A stretch of 63,019 nucleotides of DNA, filler included, from Circinaria calcarea (lineage: Eukaryota): the NCBI GenBank assembly GCA_051942165.1. It is 11 parts of 11 records of this genome, joined end to end, with 100 filler letters (N's around TTAATTAATTAA, not from the genome) between each part and the next. Parts side by side here need not be neighbours in the genome. Positions count along the whole stretch, not along the records: positions 34,489 to 40,128 come from JAVECS010001840.1; positions 40,229 to 45,858 come from JAVECS010001841.1; 9 more parts are not named here. One strand, written 5' to 3'. The notes beneath the pieces were generated by a model. The model saw only the letters and a list, made by a program, of their open reading frames with translations. It was not told the origin of the DNA and did not search any database. Positions 34,489 to 45,958 of the stretch are shown piece by piece; the stretch's first letter is position 1, and each line of letters opens with the position of its first letter. A program made the translations under genes and the position numbers.

Positions 34489-36204
34489 GGACCTCCTCCA
34501 GTTGCTAACGCTTTTCTCTGGAACTCGTTAACTTCCTTGTTTCTTTATGGCGGATTGTACGCTGACAACGAGGACCCATTGCCCTCGCCTGCGCCTTTTT
34601 CTTTATGGGAATACGATATCGCATCATCATCGTGGAAAGAACACATGAACCCCCAGACTTCTTCGGGGATTAATAGTGAAGCGGGCAATCAACCAGTGCA
34701 AAATGCAGCGGAAGGAGCAGGAATCAGTGTTCCAGAACTCGGAAGAGGGTTCTATTTTGGGGGTCATCAGGATTTCCGAACTACGCCCGGATGGAACGTT
34801 AACGTCCCGCGGATATACCTGAAATCTTTATTGGAGTTTACTTATCCAGGCTATACCAACGACGCTGTCGATGACCTGAAAGGCGGCAAAACCGCTGGCA
34901 GTGACGGGGTCTGGAGGAACATCACACAAGGCGGGTTACAGGATCAGGCTGGGTTCACGGAAAGAGCAGACGGTGTCTTGGTTTACGTCCCAGGGTTCGG
35001 TAAAGAAGGCATCCTACTAGGACTTGCTGGTGGTACGGTTGCTGATGATACGGATGCTACTTTTACCGAAATGAATATCATCGACGTGTATGACATCGCC
35101 AACTCGACTTGGTACAAGCAATCAACTGCTGGCACAGCGCCCAGCATTCGAGTGAACCCTTGCGCTGTAGCCGCGTCTGCTGCAGATGGTTCTAGCACAA
35201 ATATCTACATGTTTGGAGGCCAGAATTTGACACCATATAAGGAGCAAGTCCAGTACGACGACATGTGGATTCTGACTGTCCCAAGCTTCACTTGGATAAA
35301 GGTAAATCAAACAGGTCAATCCATCCCGCCTCCTCGAGCCGGTCACACATGCAATATCTGGGATGGTCAGATGATAGTGGTGGGTGGATATGTCCCACAG
35401 AACATCAGTTGCGATAGCCCCGGGATCTATGTCTTTGACGCTTCGGAGCTGAAGTGGCAAAACCAGTTCACCTTTCTTAATGGTGCAAATGCACAAAACC
35501 AGCAAAGTGCACAGTCACAGGATTCATATGGTCTTAGCGGCAGCTATGGCTACCAGGTTCCTGCCGCTGTTCAATCGGTCATCGGTGGCGGCGGTTCTGG
35601 AGGAGCGACAGTTACCGCCCCGGTTAAACAACCCACTGGAGGTCCGCTGGCAACCGGTAAGCCTATCATTTACACAGTGACTGACTCGAACGGTGCAACC
35701 GTGACCGAGACCTCAACAGTTACCGGCGGTTCCAATCCTAATGCATCCAGCCAACAAAAGGGTGGTCCTAATATTGCTGCCATTGTTGCGGGAGTCGTCG
35801 CTGGTTTGTTCGCTGTGTTGGCTGGATACCTTGGGTTTTGTGCTTGGATTTACCGCCGCCAGCTCGCCCTTTACAAGAATCACGTTGCCATGTCTCAGCG
35901 CGCCGCAGCTAGCGGTCCAGACGAGAAAACCGGATTTTTGTACCCTACGTCGACTCAAGGCTCCTCCGGAGCTAGAGGGAAATTCTCTGATCGCAGCAGT
36001 GGGATCACGGGTAGTGCTACGGGAATGAGTGGTGTAGGTAGTGGTAGTGCATCTGTTCCACCAATGCTAGGATCGATTACCGCACCTATGGGAGGTAACA
36101 GTACGGCGAACTCGAGTACGGAAGACCTAAGAACATGGGAACCAAGTTTTGTGGGGGTCCTACTGAATCCAAGAAGGAGCTTGAGGGTCATTAACCGGGA
36201 CTAA
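34489..36204 (+). CDS. Kelch/beta-propeller single-pass membrane protein, 5'-truncated
   Basis: Kelch GG motifs (LFLYGG, FYFGG, IYMFGG, RAGHTC..MIVVGG), S/T/G-rich stalk, TM NIAAIVAGVVAGLFAVLAGYLGFCAWIY-RRQ, C-terminus PRRSLRVINRD. Confidence 0.85.
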   Translation, partial: GPPPVANAFLWNSLTSLFLYGGLYADNEDPLPSPAPFSLWEYDIASSSWKEHMNPQTSSGINSEAGNQPVQNAAEGAGISVPELGRGFYFGGHQDFRTTPGWNVNVPRIYLKSLLEFTYPGYTNDAVDDLKGGKTAGSDGVWRNITQGGLQDQAGFTERADGVLVYVPGFGKEGILLGLAGGTVADDTDATFTEMNIIDVYDIANSTWYKQSTAGTAPSIRVNPCAVAASAADGSSTNIYMFGGQNLTPYKEQVQYDDMWILTVPSFTWIKVNQTGQSIPPPRAGHTCNIWDGQMIVVGGYVPQNISCDSPGIYVFDASELKWQNQFTFLNGANAQNQQSAQSQDSYGLSGSYGYQVPAAVQSVIGGGGSGGATVTAPVKQPTGGPLATGKPIIYTVTDSNGATVTETSTVTGGSNPNASSQQKGGPNIAAIVAGVVAGLFAVLAGYLGFCAWIYRRQLALYKNHVAMSQRAAASGPDEKTGFLYPTSTQGSSGARGKFSDRSSGITGSATGMSGVGSGSASVPPMLGSITAPMGGNSTANSSTEDLRTWEPSFVGVLLNPRRSLRVINRD

Positions 36205-37185
36205 TGATATTCTTATACTCTCATTCTCCTTGATGCGTTTTGTATTTCTATTCTATCCTGGCAACATTTGGATGACGAGCAGCGATTACATAAGGGGACA
36301 TGGTTTCAGATACCCCTTCCTTTTGCGACTCGTGTTTATCTTGATTGGGCTAAGTAACGGCACTGATGACATCTACACAAAAGGCCTTTGGTTTTTCCGA
36401 GCTTGTCCCGCGGTCTTTGAGACCGCGCCGAAAACTTTTGTATATAGATAGCAATAGATAGTTGATACGTCCACAATATGTATCAAAATCATTCCGTCTG
36501 TTTTGTTTTCAATCATGATATTGGATCCTTTCACTTTAGTCATATCACAGGCGTTAGATAGCATCCGGAAGCCTCACAATTAGATTATATATTATAGCAT
36601 TGAAAACATCCTGAAGACAGCTACAATACCCGTATCAGCAAAATGTTACCTACGCGGTGGTCCCCGCGCCCAAAAATCATCCATGAGCAACGAATTTTGT
36701 TCGCCAGCCTCGGCTTATCGTACGGACGCACCTTCTTCTTGCAGCAGAACAACATGCCGTATCAGACCGCTAGGAGCGGCGGGCGGAATTAAAGCCGCTA
36801 TCAACCTTTTAGAATTGCCGAATTCCGTCAGAGAATTTCTAGCTCGTTGACGATTGAATCATCGCACGCCAGGGACGCCGTATCCTCATACTCTGGGTTG
36901 CCTAACCCTGCAGATGGCTATGTTCTCGAGTTGGATATGCTTGGGGTGTGCTACTCTTCCCCCGTCTTTTACCTGGAAACCTCCTTAGAAAATAGCACCC
37001 CCAGTTTAACATGGAGTGAGGGTTTGTTTACCAATAGGTTTGAAAAGCTGTGGAAGCGGAGGAACAAGATCGGAGCATTTGAGGTTGATATTATCCACGG
37101 TATAGGAACACGAGGAAGATTAGGAATTCCCAAAGTCTTGATTTTGCGTCCAAAAAAAATGGAGGAGAGTGCTGGTATTTTCATA

Positions 37186-39122
37186 ATGGCTTCACCGAAA
37201 GATCTCGAGAAGCCGCTGTCAACAGACGATCAATCCGTACACTCTTCTGCACCCAGCGTAAATACCGGTGGGTTTGCTCTATCTCACGGATGCGGCGATC
37301 AGGAGACGGCCCCTACGCCACGAATTTCGCGGGTCCCTGATAGACCTCCCCTTGCGAGAAAGGCGACTTCGATTGGCACTACAGGGACCACTGACCCAAA
37401 CTATGAGGTGGACTGGGACGACGAGGATACCTCGAATCCGAGGAATTGGCCGGTGTGGTACAAGGGCTTGACGATAGGTTTCATTTCATGGAGTACATGG
37501 GTGTATAGATATTCTCTTGGCTTCAATAAGATAAAGGCTTTGCTGACTGAGAATAGGGTGGTCGTGTACTCCACCTCCTACACCAGCGGTCTTCCTCAGA
37601 TGATGGCGGACTTCCATACCTCGGAACCTATAGTGACACTAGGCGTGACCACCTATCTCATCGGGCTGGCAGTCGGGTCCGTTGTGCTTGCCCCGGTTTC
37701 GGAAATCTATGGCCGAAAACCCGTGTACATGATCAGCATGCTGCTTTTCGTAGTGCTTATCATTCCCTGTGGCCTTACTACGAACTTGCCGGAGGTCCTT
37801 ATTGTGCGATTCATTTCTGCTATTGCCGGCAGTGCTATGATCGCCAATGCCCCAGGGAGCATTAGCGACATTGTAAATGACGACAAACGGGCATTGGCGT
37901 TTTCTATTTGGTCCATTGGTCCCCTGAACGGGCCAACCGTAAGTGATACTCGTTCTGAGCGGCAGCGAATATGGGTTGATATTTTCCCAAGTTTGGCCCT
38001 ATCATTGGTGGTTTCTCTACGCAGTATCTTGGCTGGCGCTGGACAAACTGGATAGTCATGATCATCTCCAGCATCGCCTGGATTTTCGTCTGCATCGTCA
38101 GAGAAACCTATTCTCCCACCATCCTCAAGCGCAAGGCCGCCCGCCGCCGCAAAGAAACGGGTGACTCCCGCTGGTGGTGCCGCTACGATCAAAACGTCTC
38201 CTTTTTCGAACTCCTCCAGGTCAATCTCTCCCGTCCCTTTGTCATGGCCGTCACCGAACCCATCTGCGTCTTCTGGAATCTCTACATTGCCGTCATTTAC
38301 GGCATTCTTTACCTCTGCTTCGTCGCCTACCCCATCGTCTTCAGCGACATTCGGGGCTGGTCCGTTGGGATTTCCGGACTCGCATTCTGTGGGATCGGGA
38401 CAGGATCGCTGATTGTCATTTTCTGTGAACCCCTCATCCGTTGGATGATCAACTCGCACAGACATGATCCGCAAACGGGAAAAGTGATTCCCGAAGCGGC
38501 GGTCTCCATCGTGTGTGTCGCAGCCTGCCTGGTGCCCGTTGGCGAGCTCTGGTTCGCATGGACTTGTGTTCCCCCAGTGCACTGGATCTGGCCCATCCTC
38601 GCCGGCATCCCGTTCGGCGCCGGGAACACGGCCGTTTTCATCTACGCGACCAACTACATCGCCGGCAGCTACGGCATCTACGCCGCCAGCGCCCTGGCAG
38701 GCAACACCGTCGTCCGCTCCGTCGTCGGCGGTACGCTCCCCTTGGCAGGACCGGCCATGTATGCGACGCTGGGCCCGCATTGGGCGGGAACGCTGTTGGG
38801 CCTGGTGCAGGTGGCCATCGTCCCGATTCCGATTGTGTTTTATATCTACGGCGAGGGCATCCGGCGGAGGAGTACGTTGATCGGGAGGATGCAATTGGAC
38901 GAGGAGAGGTTGGAGGGGAAGAGGGAGAAGAGGGAGAAGAGGGAGAAGAGGGAGAAGAGGGAGAAGAGGGAGAAGAGGAGGGAGAAACTGAGGAAGGACG
39001 AGGAGAGGGCGATTGAGGTTATTGCTGAGGCGGGAACGGCGGGCGTAGAGGGTAGGGAGCTCGAGCTCGAGCTGGAGCGGGAGCGGGAGCGGGAGCGGGA
39101 GAGGCAGGGCCAAGTCAGATGA
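37186..39122 (+). CDS. MFS multidrug transporter (DHA1 family), 3 exons
   Basis: VDWDDEDTSNPRNWP, APVSEIYGRKP (motif A), GPLNGPT | FGPIIGG, RETYSPTILKRKA, SRPF..EPI, YAASALAG; introns 37503-37556 and 37939-37991; start at CATAATGG chosen by context. Confidence 0.92.
38919..39103 (+). repeat. Coding microsatellites in the MFS tail: (AAGAGGGAG)6 and GAGCTC/GAGCGG hexamers
   Basis: Encode (KRE)6 at 38919-38972 and ELELELERERERERER near the stop. Confidence 0.9.
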
Positions 39123-40228
39123 TGCAGTCCCGGTCCCTGATGATTGCCCGAAGGCTTACGAAAGTTGGCCTTGTGATATCCCCTTTTTGAAACAGGCCGC
39201 GTAATAAGGGGGGTGGGAGGGGAGGGGGGGATGGAATGTAGATCCCAAGGCATGCCAAGGCCAAGATAACCTCGCCGTTGGGCGCTGACTTTAAAAAGGA
39301 AAGGCCTGGATCAGGGGGCGCTAATCCTGATGGGAGCGAAAAGTCCATGGGGAGGCCGTAAAGGTAAGGTAAGAGATCTTACTTACCTGCGGGGACACTT
39401 TTTTTTTTTATATATATATACTCTACGGCCCAAAAATTAAATCAAATTAAATTAGAAACGGATGATAACACGAGCTTTTTTTTTTTTTTTTTTTTTGGGT
39501 AAAGATTTTGAAACCGGTGTGGGGTTTTATATATATACTATGCTTTGTGTTTGCAGTCGGAAAATACAATAGTCGTCATTACGGAGTATAGTGTAGTGTA
39601 CTTTGACCACTAATCATGAAACTATGAAACCCTGAAAAGCAAACCACGTAGAAAAAGGTCCACACTGTTGAAAACCAACTGGCCTCGGCCTCCCCGATTT
39701 AACATACATATTATATTCCGACCTTTACTTTAGGTTTTTGCTCTTGGTTTTCGTAAACTTTTCAAAAGCAGATGGTCAGGGGGGGGGAGGGAAGTTGCTG
39801 AGGCTTGTTTGGCCCCCCAACAACCAAAAACCAAAAACCAAAACCAGATAATAATAAAAAGAAAAAGAAGAGAAAAGAAAAGTACTAAAAGGGGAACCGC
39901 GCTAACGATCATTCCCTCGTCTTCTCACTGCCCGACCTCCCCTTTTATTCTTTTTTTTTCTTTCGTTTTCATTTTCTTTCTCGTTTTTCCCCGACACAAA
40001 AATCACTCACTCATACTCGCAACTCGCAACTCGGGATTCCACAGTAGGTAGGGGGGACCTCGATAACGGGCCGAGGTTTTTGGTTCCCGAGGGCGCCGAA
40101 CAGAAAAAAACCTCCCCCCCCTTCCCCCNNNNNNNNNNNNNNNNNNNNNNNNNNNNNNNNNNNNNNNNNNNNTTAATTAATTAANNNNNNNNNNNNNNNN
40201 NNNNNNNNNNNNNNNNNNNNNNNNNNNN

Positions 40229-41191
40229 ACAATCACGAAACCTAAACGACTCTCCTACTCCGGCGGCCTCCTCGAAGCCCTCTTCCTTTCCACCTCTCAC
40301 GCTAAATTCTACACTGCCATCTCCACCGTCGCCATCGCACCCTGTACAGTCGGCAAATCAAACATGTTCCGCCGCACCCATCTCAATGCCTTGACTCCTC
40401 CACTTCCACCTCTCAACCGTGCTCCAGGGATCGATTTCTTCTCCGACAATATCTGCGAAGACCATCTCATTGGTGACCTCCTCTGGCGCTCCTCTGTCCC
40501 AAATTCCGTGGTCGAGATCGCCAAAGGCGAAGGAGGTGCTTCGGCTGCTGCACTACAGAGCACCTTCAGCCCGTATATCAAATGGGCAAACCATGCGCTC
40601 CTCCCCCTTCCTCCTTGCATTCAACCTCTCTCCCACCTTCCCCTTCACCACTACCTCGCCCGCCGAACCCGCTGGCTCCGCGTACGGAAGTTCACAGTAC
40701 CTCTCGCCACCCTCGTCGAACCGGGCACCGAATCCCTTTTCTGCACCCTCTACGGCGCATTCGGCCTTACAACATTATCCTGGTGTAACACCACCCTTTG
40801 CATACCACGAACCTGGTCCGCCTTCTGGCTACTTTGGTTGATCGGCGTCCTAAGTTGGATGAGTGTAGACTGGCTCGTGTGGAAAAGACTTCAAGGATGG
40901 GATGGCGAGACGGCAGCTGAGCAGACTGCTTCAGCGAATACCGATGGAAATTTCCCAATCCCCCCTTTCATCGGCACCGGTCGCACATGGTCCTTCCGCC
41001 GCTGGCTCGGCGCCTGGCTCGGTAGAGAGATTCTCGCGTTTCCCATCTGGGCCGTTGCCATTTTCGGAGGCGTGACTGTGAAGTGGCGAGGAAAGACATT
41101 TAGGGTTAGTATGGATGCAAGGGTTAGGGAGGTTACCCGTAGGGTTGGTAACGCGAAAGGAAGAAGGGAAGCAAAGGAGAGGACCGATTGA
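40229..41191 (+). CDS. GCS1: Ceramide glucosyltransferase (glucosylceramide synthase, GT21), 5'-truncated
   Basis: SHAKFYTAISTVAIAPCTVGKSNMFRR, ICEDHLIG, ARRTRWLRVRKFTV..EPGTES, WLGREILAFPIW, VKWRGKTF. Confidence 0.92.
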   Translation, partial: TITKPKRLSYSGGLLEALFLSTSHAKFYTAISTVAIAPCTVGKSNMFRRTHLNALTPPLPPLNRAPGIDFFSDNICEDHLIGDLLWRSSVPNSVVEIAKGEGGASAAALQSTFSPYIKWANHALLPLPPCIQPLSHLPLHHYLARRTRWLRVRKFTVPLATLVEPGTESLFCTLYGAFGLTTLSWCNTTLCIPRTWSAFWLLWLIGVLSWMSVDWLVWKRLQGWDGETAAEQTASANTDGNFPIPPFIGTGRTWSFRRWLGAWLGREILAFPIWAVAIFGGVTVKWRGKTFRVSMDARVREVTRRVGNAKGRREAKERTD

Positions 41192-42206
41192 TGAAAAATG
41201 ATAGATCTGATATGGAAAACTAGAGTGATGTTGATCAAAGGACCAAGTTTTTCAAAGCCTGAGATGTTTCAAAATTTCACCCCATCATACGGTCAGGCAC
41301 ACTGGAGATGTTCATCTATCTATTCTACAAAATCCTACCGTCTCCCAGGTTCCAAACCCCACACAACATCTACATCTACACTTACCCTAAACCTAAACCG
41401 GGACCGGGGACCGGGACCTTTTTGTAACGCAGTTCATCTCCCCTTTTCCCAACCTCTCCCAGGCAAAGTTACAAAAAAAAGGGAATACTTACTATAAATC
41501 ACCATTTAATTTAATTACCTTCCGCAAAATCTATATTATACCAATCTATCTAATGCAGAAACTAGCTCTCACTTTCCCCTTTCCCTTTCTTTCCCCTTTC
41601 CTTCCCCCGAAAAAAAAATCCTCGGAAGATTCCCACCTCCACCTCCAACCCAACTACGCCACACCATATCCAAAGCTGTGATACTTCGTATACATCCGAC
41701 TCAGCCTCAGCCTCAGATTCAGCCTCAACCTCGCCTGAGACATTTTCGCTTCCTCCCGCGTCCTGCGACTTCCTCCGGGGGCAGTTGTGTGGGAGTGAGG
41801 AAATCCGTAGCTAAAATTCGTCTAGCATTTGGTTTTTGGGGGGAGGGAGAGAAGTTTAAGAGGTTTACGTAAATTAGATCAGGAGAGGAGAGGAGAGCAA
41901 GGAGAGAAGAGGAGAGGAGAGAAGAAAAAGTAAAGGTTTTTCCATTCTCTCTACCCTTGGCAAGTGCAGCTAGGATGGCTGGGCCCAAAAGCGAATGGCA
42001 AAGAAGCAAGAAGCAAGCAGGAGTGATAACCGGATCGAGACCGGATCAAGATTTAACCCGCCAAGGACTCCAAAGTACACACCATACGTACAAGCCACAT
42101 TCTTCCTCTTCCCGTACCCCTACCCCTACCCCTATTGTATCACCGTTGCAGACTCCCACAACATGTAAAATCCCTATTGATGTCCAAGAGGACAGTTTGT
42201 GTACTC

Positions 42207-44350
42207 TTACTTGAGTCTCCAGCGCTTATCCGCCTCCTTAGCCCCCACGCGCTCGGCGATCTCGTTGATGGTATCTTTGATGGTGTCTTTGGCTGCTTTG
42301 GGGAATCTACAACACACGAATATTAGTTAACCCATCCGTCCAGCAGCACCAGGATATCTAGAATATATACGTACTGTTTCTTCAAAACCTCCACCAGCCC
42401 CGCTTTTGTAAGATCGCTGCCCTGAACCGCTTGCTTAAAGTCATCAAGTAGCTCTGGGGGAAGGGGTTTTGTGGCTGCTTTTCTGGCTTTGGAGGTGGAG
42501 GATCCGGTGATGGGAGAAGGTTTGGAGGAGGTGTCTGTCGAGTGTTGAGGGAGGAGGATTTGATTGTTGGAGGTGTTGACGGTGTGGAGGGGGATGCGTT
42601 GGGGTGGAGCCATTGTTGCTGAGGTGGATTTGTTAGATGTTTGGGTTGAGATATGGGCGGTGGAGGGGGAGGGCCAGTAGCTGGCTGAGTAGGGATCGAT
42701 TGAGCTTTGTGGATGGACTGCTCGAGTATCAGCTAACCATTTATTAGGGTAGCCAGGGTAAGGATAAATACCTAAAAGCACATCCATCCTGAAGGGCGTC
42801 AGATCGAGCAATGTCTGTCCGTACTGTACTGTAGATAACTTTTGACTCCCGGAGGAGGACTCCCAGCAAAGACCAGTACTGACAGGTAGCACATCACCCA
42901 TCATATGTCGTCTTTTTGTCCCTTTCGTTCCATCACCCGCATCATCGTCATCTAAGAATCCTTCCATATCATCTACCTCTTCCTCTTCACCGACCTCTTC
43001 CTCGCCTTCCGAATCTAAATCCTCCCCTTCTCCAGGTTCTTCCCATTCCGCTTCCGAGTCATAGTCGTAATTGGTTGCTGGTAGAGCCCGTGTAAATGGC
43101 TTTCTGCAGAGCTTCGACACTGATTGCCCTTGAGGTACCTTGGTATATGTGCCAACATACGGCGGCCTGACATCCTCGGCGTAGCGAAGATATTTGAGTG
43201 AAGTTGATTTCAGCAGATCGAGTGGCTCCTGCGAAGAAGAGGAATTCTTTGAGCCTGCCAAATCAATGGGATTGCCCATCGTCCCATGTATTCGTGCAAC
43301 GATATCTTTTACTGAAGTAAGACGGCCATATCTCCTACGTAGTCTTCGCGAAGATAAATAAAGTATTTCGCTAACTCGGGTTCTCCCAACTTCACCAGTT
43401 GACTGCACAAGCAATCCCGAAGATTCCCCTCGAAGGCTTTCATCAATGTGCTTCCAAGATTGATTAAGGCCCTCTTCGTCCCGAGGAAACTGGTTGAAAG
43501 GGGCCAATTTTGTATGGGATTGAATGAAGAACGGCGGAAATTTCCGTTCATATTCGGACTTCAAAATCTCCTCGGGTGATATAGATGCTGATCGACTACT
43601 AGCCACTGAAGTAAGACCATCCAAGGAGGCCATTGAACCCCGACGGCTTATAGTGACTCGCTCTCGGAGCGGTGATTCACCGGATCCATCCAAAGGAAGT
43701 GAAGGTATCGTGAAGAACGAGTTCAACCGTAGTTGTGACTATATCACCGTCAGCAAGGAACTTGAGTGTAATTTGAGACTACTCACTTTCTCCTTTTTCG
43801 CCTTTTCGTCCTCCTTGGCTTTCTTCTCAGCTTCCCTCTTTTTCCGTTCCTCATCCCGTGCCTGTTTCTCTGCCTCCCTAGCCTTCTTCTTCTCTTCCTT
43901 TTCTTCGTCTCTTCTTCGCTTCTCTTCCTTCAATGCTTCTTCCTTGACCCGCCGCTCCTCATCCTTGATCCGTTTCTCTTCATCTTTCCGAGCTCTCTCC
44001 TCAGCTCTTTGTTGTTCTTTGAACTGTTTCTCTAGCGGCTGAACTTCTTTTTCCGCGAAAGTCAGTTTCCGCCTCTTAGGCTGACTACTTGAATCGGAGG
44101 CAGCGCAGGCTACTGGGGGAATAGATCCATCTCTTGCCGGAGAACCTCCAGTGCTTGGGGCCGCCGAGGAAGTTCGACTTCTTTCGGGTGTCGGAATGGT
44201 TGTGGTGACATCTGGCTGAGAACTCAAGATGTATCCTGGTTGGATAGCTACCTCTCTGGTACGTGATACTTCGTCTGGTCGCTCCTGGAGGGATGGAGTA
44301 TCTAATTGGGCGACCTCACAGGTGCGTTTGAGGCTGTTTGGGGAGGCCAT
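42207..44350 (-). CDS. RLF2: Chromatin assembly factor 1 large subunit (Cac1/Rlf2), 4 exons
   Basis: KER coiled coil, PIP-like QLRLNSFF, EDVRPPYVGTY, NYDYDSEAEWEEPGEGEDL, acidic ED region, WHD-type tail GSDLTKAGLVEVLKKQ | FPKAAKDTIK..DKRWRLK*. Confidence 0.92.
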
Positions 44351-44524
44351 TGAGAGATGAGGACTGCGCTCATATCATTATATTGAGATTGTTATGAAGG
44401 AACTGTTGCCCGGAGACGTAATCAAACAATGGGTCTAGAGAATTTACAATGTAAGAGGGTCGATGTACAGTATCATTAACATTGGAGCTTCAAAACTCAT
44501 GGAGCGACGTGATCTTTCCGTGTC

Positions 44525-44530
44525 ACGCGT
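44525..44530. promoter_or_regulatory. MCB (MluI cell-cycle box) upstream of the CAF-1 gene
   Basis: ACGCGT 175 bp upstream of ATG 44350; MCBs are the MBF sites of G1/S replication and chromatin genes in yeasts. Confidence 0.5.
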
Positions 44531-44560
44531 TGTGGTCGCTTAATTTAGATTGATACCATA

Positions 44561-45153
44561 CCAGAGATCCCTGAGCTATGCCGCATCCGGCCTAATACCG
44601 CATTTTCCCCGCATTCCAACCACCATTTCAAAAAATCATTACTCCACCAATATGGCCCCAATTGATTCAGTTCTTGCAGATCTAGACGCCTAATTGCGCC
44701 CGAATATATAAACCACCGCTAGAAAATACGGCCTGGTCGAAAGCATCCTAAGAAGACGTTAGAAAGGCCAAACCATATCTCGTCAAGACGCCGCCTCGGA
44801 ATATATTCAACGACTTACCAATAATTAAGAAGAGATATTAATAGGCTAAATTAATTATTTAACCGACCGAGAAATACCTTTAATTAATAAAATAGTATAT
44901 AATTTTACGGAGGAAGTATTAAACGGCCTTATTAAAAAGAATTAAATAGGGGGTTTTATCTAGAGATATAAAAAAAGGCTTAAAAGTCTATATTTACGTA
45001 ATATCGATAAATTATATATATAATCCGAATATACGCTTATATTCAAATAATTCTACGATTTAATAAGTTTTAATTAGCTTTATAATAATTATTATATTAA
45101 TTTTTTCTTAATTATTTAACGCCTACGAAAAATATTATATTACGGCCGATAAT
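44561..45153 (+). mobile_element. RIP-inactivated pogo/Fot1-like (Tc1/mariner superfamily) transposon, left end and transposase N-terminus
   Basis: TA|TIR CCAGAGATCCCTGAGCTATGCCGCATCCGG; ATG 44652 reads MAPIDSVLADLDA*LRPNI*TTARKYGLVESILRRR*KGQTISRQDAASEYIQRLTNN*EEILIG*INYLTDR.. (HTH plus CENP-B-like HTH) with stops at Gln/Trp positions. Confidence 0.9.
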
Positions 45154-45502
45154 TGTAATGGCGCACCCCACAAGGCTGTGCCAAGAGGTCTGAGCAATAC
45201 GCGGGCTAGGCGTACCGCTAGTACTGGACGTACTGGACGTGCTGGACGTGTTACGTCCACGACGTCCACGACGTCCACCCCTTTTGGGAAGGTTCGTGTA
45301 ACCCCAGAGGATCTATATAGTCTCAGTCCTTCCCGTAGCATTTGACCTGTGTGGTCAAGACCTTACAAGTGTAGCAATATACTTCTATTGTCACTTATTA
45401 CTTGCCAAGTGATTGGTATAGAACCCGTGCGTATATTGCAGAGCCCCTGCCTTATACCAGTGACTAGCATTGCCTTTGCCTAAGAAGCTTAGGGACGTAA
45501 CA
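45154..45502 (+). mobile_element. Solo LTR, family A (349 bp), copy 2, no TSD
   Basis: TGTAATGGCGCACCCC...TTAGGGACGTAACA, colinear with 6161-6494; flanks ATAAT vs CGGGG. Confidence 0.9.
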
Positions 45503-45719
45503 CGGGGTTATATCCGCCTCCGGTTTTTTTTATATTTTTATTTTCTTTTTTATTATCACCGTTAAAGCAGTGGTGGCCTGAAACGAGGTCGATATATTTA
45601 TCGAGAAAAAGATAATTTACCACGGAATATTAAAATACGCGGCGGGCCCAAAAATAGAATATTTAAAAAAATATTAAATAATTTTTATAAAATAAATAAA
45701 TAAATATTTATAGAATTAT

Positions 45720-45858
45720 TGTAATGGCGCCACCGGTCGTGATCAGTACTGCGCGTACCAAGGGTATTCAGGAGGATGATCCGAGTGATCCCTTGTGTAA
45801 CGTATGGGATCAATGGGAGCACTGGTGATCCAAGTGATCCGGTTGATCTGGTCATGGA
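45720..45858 (+). mobile_element. Start of another LTR (related family), truncated by contig end
   Basis: Begins TGTAATGGCGC like family A, then diverges; sharp AT-to-GC boundary; GATCC-rich short repeats. Confidence 0.55.
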
Positions 45859-45958
45859 NNNNNNNNNNNNNNNNNNNNNNNNNNNNNNNNNNNNNNNNNN
45901 NNTTAATTAATTAANNNNNNNNNNNNNNNNNNNNNNNNNNNNNNNNNNNNNNNNNNNN

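Noticed and set aside
36847..37185. N-terminal extension of the MFS ORF from a TTG start
   Set aside because: Non-ATG start and no MFS-like content; a good-context ATG exists at 37186.
37707..39113. 468-aa antisense ORF
   Set aside because: Shadow of the GC3-rich MFS coding strand and its microsatellites; no independent protein features.
41380..41930. Telomere-like CCCTAA and simple repeats (CCGGGA, TCAGCC, GGAGA)
   Set aside because: Isolated or short microsatellites in an intergenic region; no tandem TTAGGG array.
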